Source: Clostridiales bacterium
GTDB taxonomy: Bacteria; Bacillota; Clostridia; Lachnospirales; CAG-274
DNA length: 32,000 bases
NCBI GenBank assembly: GCA_021203425.1
Contig: JAJQBF010000262.1
Location: 1-32,000, forward strand
Direction of reading: 5' to 3'
In this document: positions 23,581-31,754 of the stretch, piece by piece
Layout: the number at the start of each line of letters is the position of its first letter
How positions within the stretch are numbered: position 1 is the stretch's first letter
Position numbers and translations under genes: made by a program
The notes under the pieces: generated by a model
Told to the model about the DNA's origin: nothing
What the model saw: the letters and a program-made list of their open reading frames with translations, nothing else
The model's database searches: none

Positions 23581-24081
23581 TCAGCCTACACTTGGGGTAG
23601 GGACATCTGTTCACAGCTTGCCTCCGGTATATCATCTGCGGCGAGCAGTGTAATAAACAAAGCCAAAAATCTGGCTCAGTCTGTGTCTGATATTATAGGG
23701 TTCTCTGTTCCCAAAACAGGACCTCTTTCAGATGCCGATGAGTATATGCCTGATTTTATGGAGCTTATGGCAAAGGGCATTCAGGGCAATATGGGAGATG
23801 TCTTGGACAAAGTAAAAACTGTGGCTGGCTCGGTTAAGGATATGATGACTGAGGGCTTTGTTATGCCGGAGATGTCATCACTTAAAGTACCTGAACTTGC
23901 TTTTGCCGGAGCCGGTTCTACGAACACAACCACAACAAATAATAATCAGAAAACCACTAATCTCGGCGGAGTAAACATTTATGTTTACGGTTCAAACAGC
24001 CAAAGCAATGATGAACTTGCTAAGATGTTGGCTGATAAGTTAAACGATATGTTAGATGAAGATAATGCTGTATTTAAATAG
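23011..24081 (+). CDS. tape measure protein, fragment 3
   Basis: Same frame as fragment 2 and open from 22939; the track start is GTG. It carries 11-residue repeats (W.SIKST.SST) and then a C-terminal domain. Confidence 0.85.
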   Translation: MKSTVSTAWSGIKSTTSTQWKGVQSTLSSTWDSIKSTVTDTTKSVQSTIFTCWSAIKSTNVSDWNSIKSTLSTCWSSIKSTISTATSGVKSTISTAWSGIKSTTSSTWDSIKSTMSSTWSSIKSTISSTTSSLKSTISSVWSSVKSTTSSSWSSIKSTISSTLSSMKSAVSSGLSNIKSSMSSTFSSLVSSAYTWGRDICSQLASGISSAASSVINKAKNLAQSVSDIIGFSVPKTGPLSDADEYMPDFMELMAKGIQGNMGDVLDKVKTVAGSVKDMMTEGFVMPEMSSLKVPELAFAGAGSTNTTTTNNNQKTTNLGGVNIYVYGSNSQSNDELAKMLADKLNDMLDEDNAVFK

Positions 24082-24104
24082 GAATAATGAAAACAAGTTG
24101 AAAT

Positions 24105-24138
24105 TTGTATTGCAGATTGTCATACAACGTGGTATAAT
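24105..24138 (+). promoter_or_regulatory. promoter with overlapping inverted repeat for the toxin-antitoxin cassette
   Basis: -35 TTGCAG (24110-24115), 17 nt, extended -10 TGGTATAAT (24130-24138). The inverted repeat TTGTAT (24105-24110) / ATACAA (24122-24127) spans the spacer and is a candidate operator. Confidence 0.55.
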
Positions 24139-24162
24139 AGAAACAAGAAAGGCGGTGTTGAC

Positions 24163-24462
24163 ATGGCTGTTAAAAGTGCAAATGTAACGGCAAGAGTTGA
24201 ACCTAATGTAAAACTTGAAGCTGAAGCAATTATTGAAAAACTTGGTTTATCTGTTTCAGCAGTGATTAACTCTTTATATAAGCAGATTATTTTAAAAAAC
24301 GGCATCCCATATATGCTGACAATTCCGAGTGCTCCGAAAGCAAGGGATGAAATGACAGTGGCAGAGTTCGATGCTGTGATGAAAACAGGATTTGAACAGG
24401 CGAAAAACGGCAGTTCTATTCCTGCTGAAGAAGCCTTTGACCAACTTTTAAGAGGTGTATGA
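24163..24462 (+). CDS. type II antitoxin, RelB/DinJ family
   Basis: The N-terminal ribbon-helix-helix pattern ANVTARVEPNVKLEAEAIIEKLGLSVSAVINSLYKQIILKNGIPY is typical of RelB/DinJ. A 4-nt ATGA overlap links it to the toxin gene. Confidence 0.8.
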   Translation: MAVKSANVTARVEPNVKLEAEAIIEKLGLSVSAVINSLYKQIILKNGIPYMLTIPSAPKARDEMTVAEFDAVMKTGFEQAKNGSSIPAEEAFDQLLRGV

Positions 24463-24794
24463 TGAAAATCTATGAAGTAAAAATCACACCATACGCACTC
24501 GAACAAATGTCAGAAATTCGTGATTATATTGCATATCAGTTTTTGAATCCAAGTGCTGCACGCAATCTTATAGAAGAGATAAGGGCGGCGGTTTTGAAAT
24601 TAAATAAGATGCCGCAGCGTTACAGACCCATTGATGAAAAACCATGGGGAGATTTCGGTGTTCGTAAGTTGATGGTGAAGAACTTTTATGTCTATTATTG
24701 GATTGAAGAAGAGACTGCAATAGTTCACATAACGGCAGTTACCTATGCAATGAGAGATCAAATAAATGTTCTCACAAAAATGAATATTGATTGA
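24459..24794 (+). CDS. type II toxin, ParE/RelE family
   Basis: YEVKITPYALEQMSEIRDYIAYQFLNPSAARNLIEEIRAAVLKLNKMPQRY...VYYWIEEETAIVHITAV fits the ParE/RelE plasmid-stabilisation toxin pattern and size. Confidence 0.8.
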   Translation: MMKIYEVKITPYALEQMSEIRDYIAYQFLNPSAARNLIEEIRAAVLKLNKMPQRYRPIDEKPWGDFGVRKLMVKNFYVYYWIEEETAIVHITAVTYAMRDQINVLTKMNID

Positions 24795-24807
24795 TATTGC
24801 GATAATT

Positions 24808-24836
24808 AAGCATCTCGAAAACGGGGTGCTTTTTTC
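24808..24836 (+). terminator. rho-independent terminator of the TA cassette
   Basis: AAGCATC-(10-nt loop)-GGTGCTT followed by TTTTT. Confidence 0.65.
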
Positions 24837-24865
24837 TTGCAAAAAACATGAAAGGAGGAGCATAT

Positions 24866-25630
24866 ATGCCGGTATCACAATTTGATGTAAGGAGCCGTTT
24901 CAAACGGCAGTATTTAACCTTTAACGGTAAATCAAGTAAAGATTTTCTTCTGTATTTGTCGGGTCCCGGTATATATAATTCTCCGGCTCCCGATGTTGAG
25001 GCAACGAGTATTCCAAGGCTGAACGGCGATTTGATACAGAATAATGCCAAATCGGGAATGAGACGCTTTGTCAATGTGGATATAAAATACGAAGCCTTCT
25101 TTTTCAACGGTTTGCCGAAGAAAACAGCCGCTGTGAAAAGCTGGCTTTTATCTCCCACAGGCTACTGTAAACTTCAAGATACCTATGACCCGGAGTTCTT
25201 CCGTATAGGTATGTGTACTTCTGCCTTAGAGTTTGATGTAACAAGGCACAAAGTGGCTGAAATGGAGATTGTGTTTAACTGCAAACCCCAGAGATGGTCG
25301 GTAGAGGAGCAGAAATCAGTTACTTTAACTGATTCGGGCGGAGTAATAAGAAACCCTTTCGACTTTTATTCACAGCCGCTGATTACTGTGTCGGGAAAGT
25401 CACAGGGAACACTGACTGTGGGCGACTATTCTGTGGTCATATATAATTTTGATAACGAAGATATAATACTCAATTCTGAGACGCAAAATGCTTATACTTC
25501 CGCAGGAGATTTCTGTAGCACAGCTATTTACTCAGAAGAGTTTCCTGTTTTTGCACCGGGGAACAACACAATTGAGTGGAGCGGAGGAATTACCTCTGTG
25601 GAAGTTATACCGAGGTGGTGGACACTATGA
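24866..25630 (+). CDS. distal tail protein (Dit)
   Basis: GAAAGGAGG RBS before ATG 24866. Position after the TMP and size both fit. The stop overlaps the Tal start (ATGA). Confidence 0.7.
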   Translation: MPVSQFDVRSRFKRQYLTFNGKSSKDFLLYLSGPGIYNSPAPDVEATSIPRLNGDLIQNNAKSGMRRFVNVDIKYEAFFFNGLPKKTAAVKSWLLSPTGYCKLQDTYDPEFFRIGMCTSALEFDVTRHKVAEMEIVFNCKPQRWSVEEQKSVTLTDSGGVIRNPFDFYSQPLITVSGKSQGTLTVGDYSVVIYNFDNEDIILNSETQNAYTSAGDFCSTAIYSEEFPVFAPGNNTIEWSGGITSVEVIPRWWTL

Positions 25631-27579
25631 TACCTTGTTTATATGACATTTCAGAAACTGAATACACAACCAACGGTATAGGAAAACTGGCGGACTGCAT
25701 TTCCTGTACCGTTACTGAGAAGCGAAACGGCAGTTACGAGTTAAAAATGGAGTACTCCACAGACGGTATTCACGCAGAGTCCATAACCGAAGGTGCAATT
25801 ATTTATGCTAAGCATGCCGACAATAAGTCTCCGCAGGCTTTTAGAATATATAAAATAACCACACCTATGGACGGAAAACTTGAGATAGCGGCGAGGCATA
25901 TAAGCTACCAGCTTAATTTTATAACTGTGTCTCCTGTAACTGTGGTTTCAGGAACGGACGAACAGATTAACCTTGCTTTTGAGGGGCTTTTAGAGAATGC
26001 TACAAGTGAATGTCCGTTTTCCTTTGAGACTGATATGACCTCAACAGCTTACTTCGGCATATTGGAGCCGACCTCTTTCAGAAATGCTTCAGGAGGTATT
26101 GACGGAAGTATGTTGGACACCTTTGGTGGTGAATTCGAGTGGGATATGTACAAAGTGAAACTTCTGAAAAACAGGGGCAGCGACAACGGTGTGAGAATAG
26201 TCTACGGCAAAAATTTAGTTGATTTCAATATGGAACGCTCTATTGAAGAAGTTATTACAGGAGTACACCCTTTCTGGAAAGACGGAGACACAGGCGACCT
26301 TGTGGAGCTGTCGGAGAAAGTAGTCACACTTTCAGACAGCGACTATCCATATGAAAAGATTATGGTTCTTGATTGTTCAGACCAGTTCGAAGAACAGCCT
26401 ACAGAGGAAGCACTTCATTCTTATGCTCAGTCTTACTTGGAAAGCACAGATTACACTGAGCCAGACATCGATATTGACATAGACTTTGCCCAACTGTGGC
26501 AGACAGCCGGGTATGAGGATATAGCTGAGGCAGAACGTGTGAACCTGTGCGATACCGTTCGTGTGTATATTTCAAAGCTGAGTATAGAGGTATCTGCAAC
26601 TGTGACAGAGACAGAATACGATTGTTTGTTGGAGAGATATAATTCAATTACTCTCTCAAACAGCACCACTTCAAGCAGGAACACATCATTCTCTCTATCG
26701 GTAGCCACAACTTCACAGGTCAAATCCCTTATAGCTCTTACCGATTCGGCTATAAGGTTGTCGGTTCATAAAACTTATGCTATCAATGCCAATTTGGAGA
26801 ATAACTACTCGACAACTGTGGAAGTTAAGTCTTTAATAGAAGAAACAGAAGAAGCCATAACCCTGTCTTTTACTAAAACCCTTGAAAGCTATTCTACTAC
26901 AGAACAGGTTAAGTCTATGATAGAGGTGTCAGAGGGCAGTATTCTTCTTCAAATATCCGAAACCTATGTCTCCGAAGATGAACTTGGCGACTACACAAAG
27001 AATACCGAAATAAGATCACAGTTTGCTATGGATTCTACCAGTATATCAATAATATCAGGAGTTATAACCTTTGAGAGTAATACCATAAGCATAGAAAGCG
27101 ACAACTTTAAGCTGACAACTTCCGGCGAAGTATCAGCAAAAGGTTCTTTCACAACAGGAGACGATGCCACATATAAAATGGAAATGTCATCCGGCGAAAT
27201 TACGGGTTACTATAACGGCGATAAGGTCGGTACAATCTCTATGAAAGCCGCAAATGCATGGGTTATTGACGGAGAAGCCCACACTTACCGAGGTGTGTTA
27301 ATAGACTGTGAAGATATTGATCTGAGCGGAGTTATGGTAGACATTACGGCTGATTATCTCAACATCAATTATGATGAAGGCTGCTATTATTACGGCGGTT
27401 CGGGTACGATACGTGCTGTTTATGACTGGGACTGGTCGGATTACAAGGTTGTAACTGATTTGGAAATTGATTTGAACAACGGCACAGCAAGCTGGTCAGA
27501 TTATTATATCAGCGCCATATCTACACTGTATTATAAAACAATTCAGTTTCATAAGGGGCTTATGGTAACGACTTTATAA
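25627..27579 (+). CDS. tail-associated protein (Tal / prophage tail endopeptidase-type N-terminal domain) with C-terminal repeat modules
   Basis: The N-terminus MIPCLYDISETEYTTNGIGKLADCISCTVTEKRNGSYELKMEY... is typical of siphovirus Tal proteins. The middle region has three repeats of about 28 aa (..YSTT..VKS.IE.....I.L). Confidence 0.75.
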   Translation: MIPCLYDISETEYTTNGIGKLADCISCTVTEKRNGSYELKMEYSTDGIHAESITEGAIIYAKHADNKSPQAFRIYKITTPMDGKLEIAARHISYQLNFITVSPVTVVSGTDEQINLAFEGLLENATSECPFSFETDMTSTAYFGILEPTSFRNASGGIDGSMLDTFGGEFEWDMYKVKLLKNRGSDNGVRIVYGKNLVDFNMERSIEEVITGVHPFWKDGDTGDLVELSEKVVTLSDSDYPYEKIMVLDCSDQFEEQPTEEALHSYAQSYLESTDYTEPDIDIDIDFAQLWQTAGYEDIAEAERVNLCDTVRVYISKLSIEVSATVTETEYDCLLERYNSITLSNSTTSSRNTSFSLSVATTSQVKSLIALTDSAIRLSVHKTYAINANLENNYSTTVEVKSLIEETEEAITLSFTKTLESYSTTEQVKSMIEVSEGSILLQISETYVSEDELGDYTKNTEIRSQFAMDSTSISIISGVITFESNTISIESDNFKLTTSGEVSAKGSFTTGDDATYKMEMSSGEITGYYNGDKVGTISMKAANAWVIDGEAHTYRGVLIDCEDIDLSGVMVDITADYLNINYDEGCYYYGGSGTIRAVYDWDWSDYKVVTDLEIDLNNGTASWSDYYISAISTLYYKTIQFHKGLMVTTL

Positions 27580-27597
27580 AGAATAAGGAGGAAAATT

Positions 27598-27807
27598 ATG
27601 CTTAGTTTTGTGAAATTAAATGATAACGGAGGTATCTGGGCAAACCGTGATGAGGCTTTGGCGTATCTTGCCATAGGCTACAAGGTTTACACAGGTGTTG
27701 ATCAGACTGTGGAAATGACCGAAGAGGATTTGAATGCCATTGTAGAATGTGACACAAGAGCTGCAAAAAGCCGAACTGTAGCCGTTGCGGTCAATGCGGA
27801 AGGGTAA
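27598..27807 (+). CDS. hypothetical tail-module protein (69 aa)
   Basis: AAGGAGG RBS and a compact ORF within the operon. Confidence 0.55.
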   Translation: MLSFVKLNDNGGIWANRDEALAYLAIGYKVYTGVDQTVEMTEEDLNAIVECDTRAAKSRTVAVAVNAEG

Positions 27808-27816
27808 GGTGAGCTT

Positions 27817-28128
27817 ATGCTCGGAATTAATGCAAGAGTTGAAGATCTGCGTGAGCAGATTATAAAAGATATTAATAAAGCACAGATGCCTGCCTGTATT
27901 CTGGATTATATTTTAACCGAAATTTTAAATGATGTAAGGCTTCAACGGATGAGTGAGGTTCAGAAGGAACGGCAGAAGTTCAGAGATGAGAATGCCCCTG
28001 TACCAGGCGAGGTTCCTATTAGAAAAGCTGACGGTAAGGGCGGCACTGTGGAAAGCGGAAATGTTAGGATAGAAAAACGGACTTTTAACGGAGATGATAT
28101 TAATGGTAACGGTAACACGAACAGTTGA
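27817..28128 (+). CDS. hypothetical tail-module protein (103 aa)
   Basis: ORF in operon context. The weak RBS (GGTGAG) lowers confidence. Confidence 0.5.
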   Translation: MLGINARVEDLREQIIKDINKAQMPACILDYILTEILNDVRLQRMSEVQKERQKFRDENAPVPGEVPIRKADGKGGTVESGNVRIEKRTFNGDDINGNGNTNS

Positions 28129-28648
28129 ACTGTCGCTGACTGAAAATCTTATCCCTGTTGTTATTCATGCAAAGCAGTATGATAATATGACAAGGCAGAT
28201 TAAATGCTCTATATACCAAGATAACACTTTGATTTCTCTTGACTCTTCTGTATCTGTAAATATCACCGGAACACGTTCAGACGGAGGATATTTTCAGTAT
28301 AATTCATCTGTGGACTCTTCTGTTGCCTATGTTTTAAATGGCTGTGTCTGTTTTTGGGTTACGTCATTAATGACAAAGGCTTCCGGCAGAGTACCTGTGG
28401 ACATTACACTGACAGACGGAAACGGCAAAGCTATAGGCACCTTCTCCCTTATTCTCAGTGTAGAAAAAGCCGCTGTAGAAAGCGAGGGCTTAACCACAGC
28501 TTCTTACTCTGCTCTTGTAGAAACACTGGCTGAAAATATAGCATCGATGTATGTTAATGACAGCGGATACCTTATTATAGACACAAACGACAGTCCCGGA
28601 ATAACCGTAACCTCCGACGGTGAGGGCGGCATTACAGTAGACTATTGA
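28103..28648 (+). CDS. BppU-like baseplate/upper-fibre protein
   Basis: GGAG RBS before ATG 28103. The pattern ...HAKQYDNMTRQIKCSIYQDNTLISLD...ITGTRSDG resembles BppU N-terminal domains. Confidence 0.5.
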   Translation: MVTVTRTVELSLTENLIPVVIHAKQYDNMTRQIKCSIYQDNTLISLDSSVSVNITGTRSDGGYFQYNSSVDSSVAYVLNGCVCFWVTSLMTKASGRVPVDITLTDGNGKAIGTFSLILSVEKAAVESEGLTTASYSALVETLAENIASMYVNDSGYLIIDTNDSPGITVTSDGEGGITVDY

Positions 28649-28661
28649 TTGGAGGGATTTT

Positions 28662-29918
28662 ATGAGTGTATTTTCATGCGGCAGGGTTGTAACAATACCC
28701 TGTGGAAATTGGGACAGCACAAAGGCATATGAGTGTTTAAGCCTTGTGTATAACCCAACAAACGGCAACAGCTATATAGCAAGAAAAACAGTTCCGGCAG
28801 GCACAGCATTAACCGATACAGATTGTTGGGCGATGAGTTCAGAGTATTCCTCACAGTATGCTGATCTTGCGGAAGGTGTTGAAACGTTGAAAACACAGGT
28901 GGCGGCAAATGTTTCTGCAAGTACCGATAATAACGCAGACTATGCTGCCGAGGTTTCAGACGCAAGGGTCGATTCGGAGGGAAATACATCAGCTTCCCTT
29001 GGTGAAGCTATGCGTAAGATTGATGCTGAGGTTGTTGACGTAAGAACAGATGATGAAGGACTTGTCCACGACAGCATGGGCGAAGCCGTTAGGGAGAGAA
29101 TTGGTGCTTTGGATGATGCCATATTCGAAAGTGAAAATGCGGCATACACAAACACAGGGGTAAGCACCGCATCAAGTCATTATTTCGGTTTGGCATTTAC
29201 CGAAGATGTGTATCTGAAAACATTGACACCTCAGTTTTCATCAGACTCCGGCACCTTTACGTGGTGGGTAGTTAAAACAGACAAGGACATTATTGCGGAT
29301 TCATCATCACCTGATAAAGGAACTGTGACTGTTACGGGAACAAAATATTCCGCATCTATCGGAGATACCATTGAAATCAACCGTAAAATTTCCACAAAGA
29401 TGGCTGTATTCATTATCCCCGATGATTCGGATACAAGGATCATGTTTTCGAACAAGACTGCCGGCACAGAACTGAATACAGCGAGACTTTGCTATATCGG
29501 TGGTAAAACAAATTATTCAAGTGCTTACGGAACAGGCTCAAGTGTGTGGTATTACAGCGGTGCCTTTGTACTTTGCGAGAAAAATGAGAAGTATGTGAAA
29601 ACAGAAGAGTTGGAATCCTACGCCAAAACAGAGGATGTGGAAAATGAACTTCTCCTTTATGCAAAGAAGGAAAAATTAGACAATTATGCTCAGCGTGAAG
29701 AAATTTATAATATCGGTCAGGAAGATGTTATATATGACGTATCCGGCATCAATAAAACAACATCAAATTGTTATTATGGTTTCAACCCCAAAAATTCAAT
29801 ATATATTAAGACGTTGACACCGAGGTTTTCCGGCACTGAGGGAACCTTCACATGGGCAGTCGGAACCACAACCGATGACAATATAGCTAATGAGTCAGCC
29901 TTGTCGCTTACCGATTGA
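28662..29918 (+). CDS. tail fibre protein, part 1 (ends at an in-frame TGA)
   Basis: GGAGGG RBS. It contains copies 1 and 2 of a repeated module (YYG....IYIKTLTP.FS...GTFTW.V). TGA at 29916-29918 falls inside copy 2. Confidence 0.8.
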   Translation: MSVFSCGRVVTIPCGNWDSTKAYECLSLVYNPTNGNSYIARKTVPAGTALTDTDCWAMSSEYSSQYADLAEGVETLKTQVAANVSASTDNNADYAAEVSDARVDSEGNTSASLGEAMRKIDAEVVDVRTDDEGLVHDSMGEAVRERIGALDDAIFESENAAYTNTGVSTASSHYFGLAFTEDVYLKTLTPQFSSDSGTFTWWVVKTDKDIIADSSSPDKGTVTVTGTKYSASIGDTIEINRKISTKMAVFIIPDDSDTRIMFSNKTAGTELNTARLCYIGGKTNYSSAYGTGSSVWYYSGAFVLCEKNEKYVKTEELESYAKTEDVENELLLYAKKEKLDNYAQREEIYNIGQEDVIYDVSGINKTTSNCYYGFNPKNSIYIKTLTPRFSGTEGTFTWAVGTTTDDNIANESALSLTD

Positions 29919-29948
29919 ACTGAGCAGGAGATCGGCAGCACAATTGAA

Positions 29949-31367
29949 TTGGAGCAGACACTGAAGCCCAATCAAACCCTTATCATTCATGGAAATGATG
30001 AAAGCATTTTAACCTATGCCAGTGATTCCAACAGTTATTTTTACTGCACTAACGGAACAAAAACTATCGGTCAGTTTTTGAATGTCTCACTTTCTGCCTA
30101 TGCTGAACTGGTTCTGCCGACCGAAACACCGATTTACGCCACGAAAGAAGAGTTGGAACAGGCTGAAGCAGATACCGATGAAAAATTAGACAGCTATGCC
30201 AAAAGCGAAGCCCTTGACGATTATGTAAAACGAATTGAAATCTTCGAGACAGTCACCTGGGAAGAAACCCTTGAATTTGAAGCCAAAAGCAAGACAACAG
30301 CCAACAGCTATTACGGAATTAATCTGCAAAATGACATTTATATAAAAACGTTTACCCCTGCTTTCAGTGATACTGTGGGAACTTTTACTTGGTGCGTAGC
30401 CACATCTACAGACGGCGAACCTATTGCACAGGGTTCAAAGATGACTATAAGCGAGTGGACGGAACAGGAAATCGGCACAGCTATTGAATTCAATAACACA
30501 CTGCTGACCACTCAGCCTCTAATTGTTTACGGCAATGATGACAGTATTTTGATGTATTACAATAAGTCCAATGATTATTTTAAGATTACGGGTACGTCTG
30601 CAACATCTGCCGGACAGTATTTAACCGGCTCTCTTGCCGGAGAGATAGTTGTGCAGTATACGGAAGAAGAGACAGTATTTACTTCAAAAGATGACCATAA
30701 TGCTTTGCAGGAAGAGGTAAATGAGGTTAAGGAGAACATTGCGGAGAATAGTAACCCCAATCCTCTGTATGGCAAAAAGCTTGTGGGAATCGGAGATTCC
30801 ATGATGCAAGGGCATTCCATTTCCAAAGCCAACGGATGGCTTGCGAAAATCGCCGACCGAAACGGTATGACCTATGTCAATTACGGCATCAACGGTACAT
30901 ATATGACCAACAAGCTCTACGGTACCAGCGAGGGCGTTGTTGACCGCTATTCTGAGATGGACGACGATGCAGATTATATTCTCATATTTGCAGGCACAAA
31001 CGACATTTCCGCAAGTGTAACTATCGGTGATGAAGACAGCACAGACGAGTCTGAATTTTACGGTGCTTTGAATTCCATTTGCCAGGGGCTTATGAGCAAG
31101 TATCCTAACGGAAAGATTGGCTTCATTACTTCACATGTAAGGAGCAAGTCGGCAAGGACCAAAACGCTGAACTATATCGAGGCAATCGAGACAGCCTGCC
31201 AAAACAACGGCGGCATACCGGTTTTCAACAATGCGAAAAACGGCGGTCTTTGCTATTGGAATTCGGAGCAGGCGGCACAGCTTACACTGGGGGATAATTG
31301 CCACTACAGTGCGGAGGGAATGGAGTGGTTCTCGTGGAAATACGAAGCATTTTTGAGAAGTCTGTAA
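29949..31367 (+). CDS. tail fibre protein, part 2, with C-terminal SGNH/GDSL hydrolase domain
   Basis: Same frame as part 1 and open from 29919; the track start is TTG with no RBS. It contains module copy 3, then the SGNH blocks GDSMMQG, GINGT, FAGTNDI and DNCH. Confidence 0.8.
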   Translation: MEQTLKPNQTLIIHGNDESILTYASDSNSYFYCTNGTKTIGQFLNVSLSAYAELVLPTETPIYATKEELEQAEADTDEKLDSYAKSEALDDYVKRIEIFETVTWEETLEFEAKSKTTANSYYGINLQNDIYIKTFTPAFSDTVGTFTWCVATSTDGEPIAQGSKMTISEWTEQEIGTAIEFNNTLLTTQPLIVYGNDDSILMYYNKSNDYFKITGTSATSAGQYLTGSLAGEIVVQYTEEETVFTSKDDHNALQEEVNEVKENIAENSNPNPLYGKKLVGIGDSMMQGHSISKANGWLAKIADRNGMTYVNYGINGTYMTNKLYGTSEGVVDRYSEMDDDADYILIFAGTNDISASVTIGDEDSTDESEFYGALNSICQGLMSKYPNGKIGFITSHVRSKSARTKTLNYIEAIETACQNNGGIPVFNNAKNGGLCYWNSEQAAQLTLGDNCHYSAEGMEWFSWKYEAFLRSL

Positions 31368-31490
31368 AAATCCACAGTCAATATGAGGCTTCAACGCTTT
31401 CTGCTGACTGTGTTTATATATAAATCAACTAAACGGACTGTGAAAGCAGCCCTATTTTATTGCCCTTTTTAGGGCGGAAAGGAGAAGACT

Positions 31491-31754
31491 ATGGATAAAA
31501 TTGCAGATTTAGTAACCGGAGAAGCAATTCTTCAGTGGCTGATTATTTTCCTGTTAATTGCTTATTTCTTCTATAAAGAATATCCTAAGTTTAAGTGCCG
31601 TATAACCGGAGGAACGAAAAAGGAACTGGAAGATGAGAGCCGGGAAAAGAAATTTGATGAGAGGCTTACCAAAGCTGAGTCTCGAATTGCCGATATTGAA
31701 GGAAAGCTGAAAAATGACTATAAAAGCCTTGAGGGGCTTCTGAAAGATGAGTAA
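31491..31754 (+). CDS. holin-like membrane / coiled-coil protein (possibly continuing past TAA to 31919)
   Basis: AAAGGAG RBS. One TM helix (ILQWLIIFLLIAYFFY) is followed by a coiled coil. After TAA 31752-31754 the same frame stays open (EDKRILQASLEEREITMRALLAIIDGLHEMGANGP...) to TAA 31917-31919. Alternatively, a separate 38-aa ORF starts at ATG 31803. Confidence 0.5.
   Translation: MDKIADLVTGEAILQWLIIFLLIAYFFYKEYPKFKCRITGGTKKELEDESREKKFDERLTKAESRIADIEGKLKNDYKSLEGLLKDE

Noticed and set aside
28662-31367. Diversity-generating retroelement target (template/variable repeat pair) in the tail fibre repeats
   Set aside because: There is no reverse transcriptase in the window. Differences between module copies affect all four bases and include indels, rather than being adenine-specific.
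7847-31754. Alternative genetic code (TGA=Trp code 4, or TAG=Gln code 15) for the late genes
   Set aside because: In-frame stops involve TAG, TGA and TAA together. The same codons terminate neighbouring genes right before terminators or coupled starts. Only one or two occur per multi-kb gene, and Trp is otherwise encoded by TGG many times. No suppressor tRNA is present in the window. About ten frameshifts and a protease deletion co-occur with the stops. This still deserves the read-level and proteomic checks listed in the findings.
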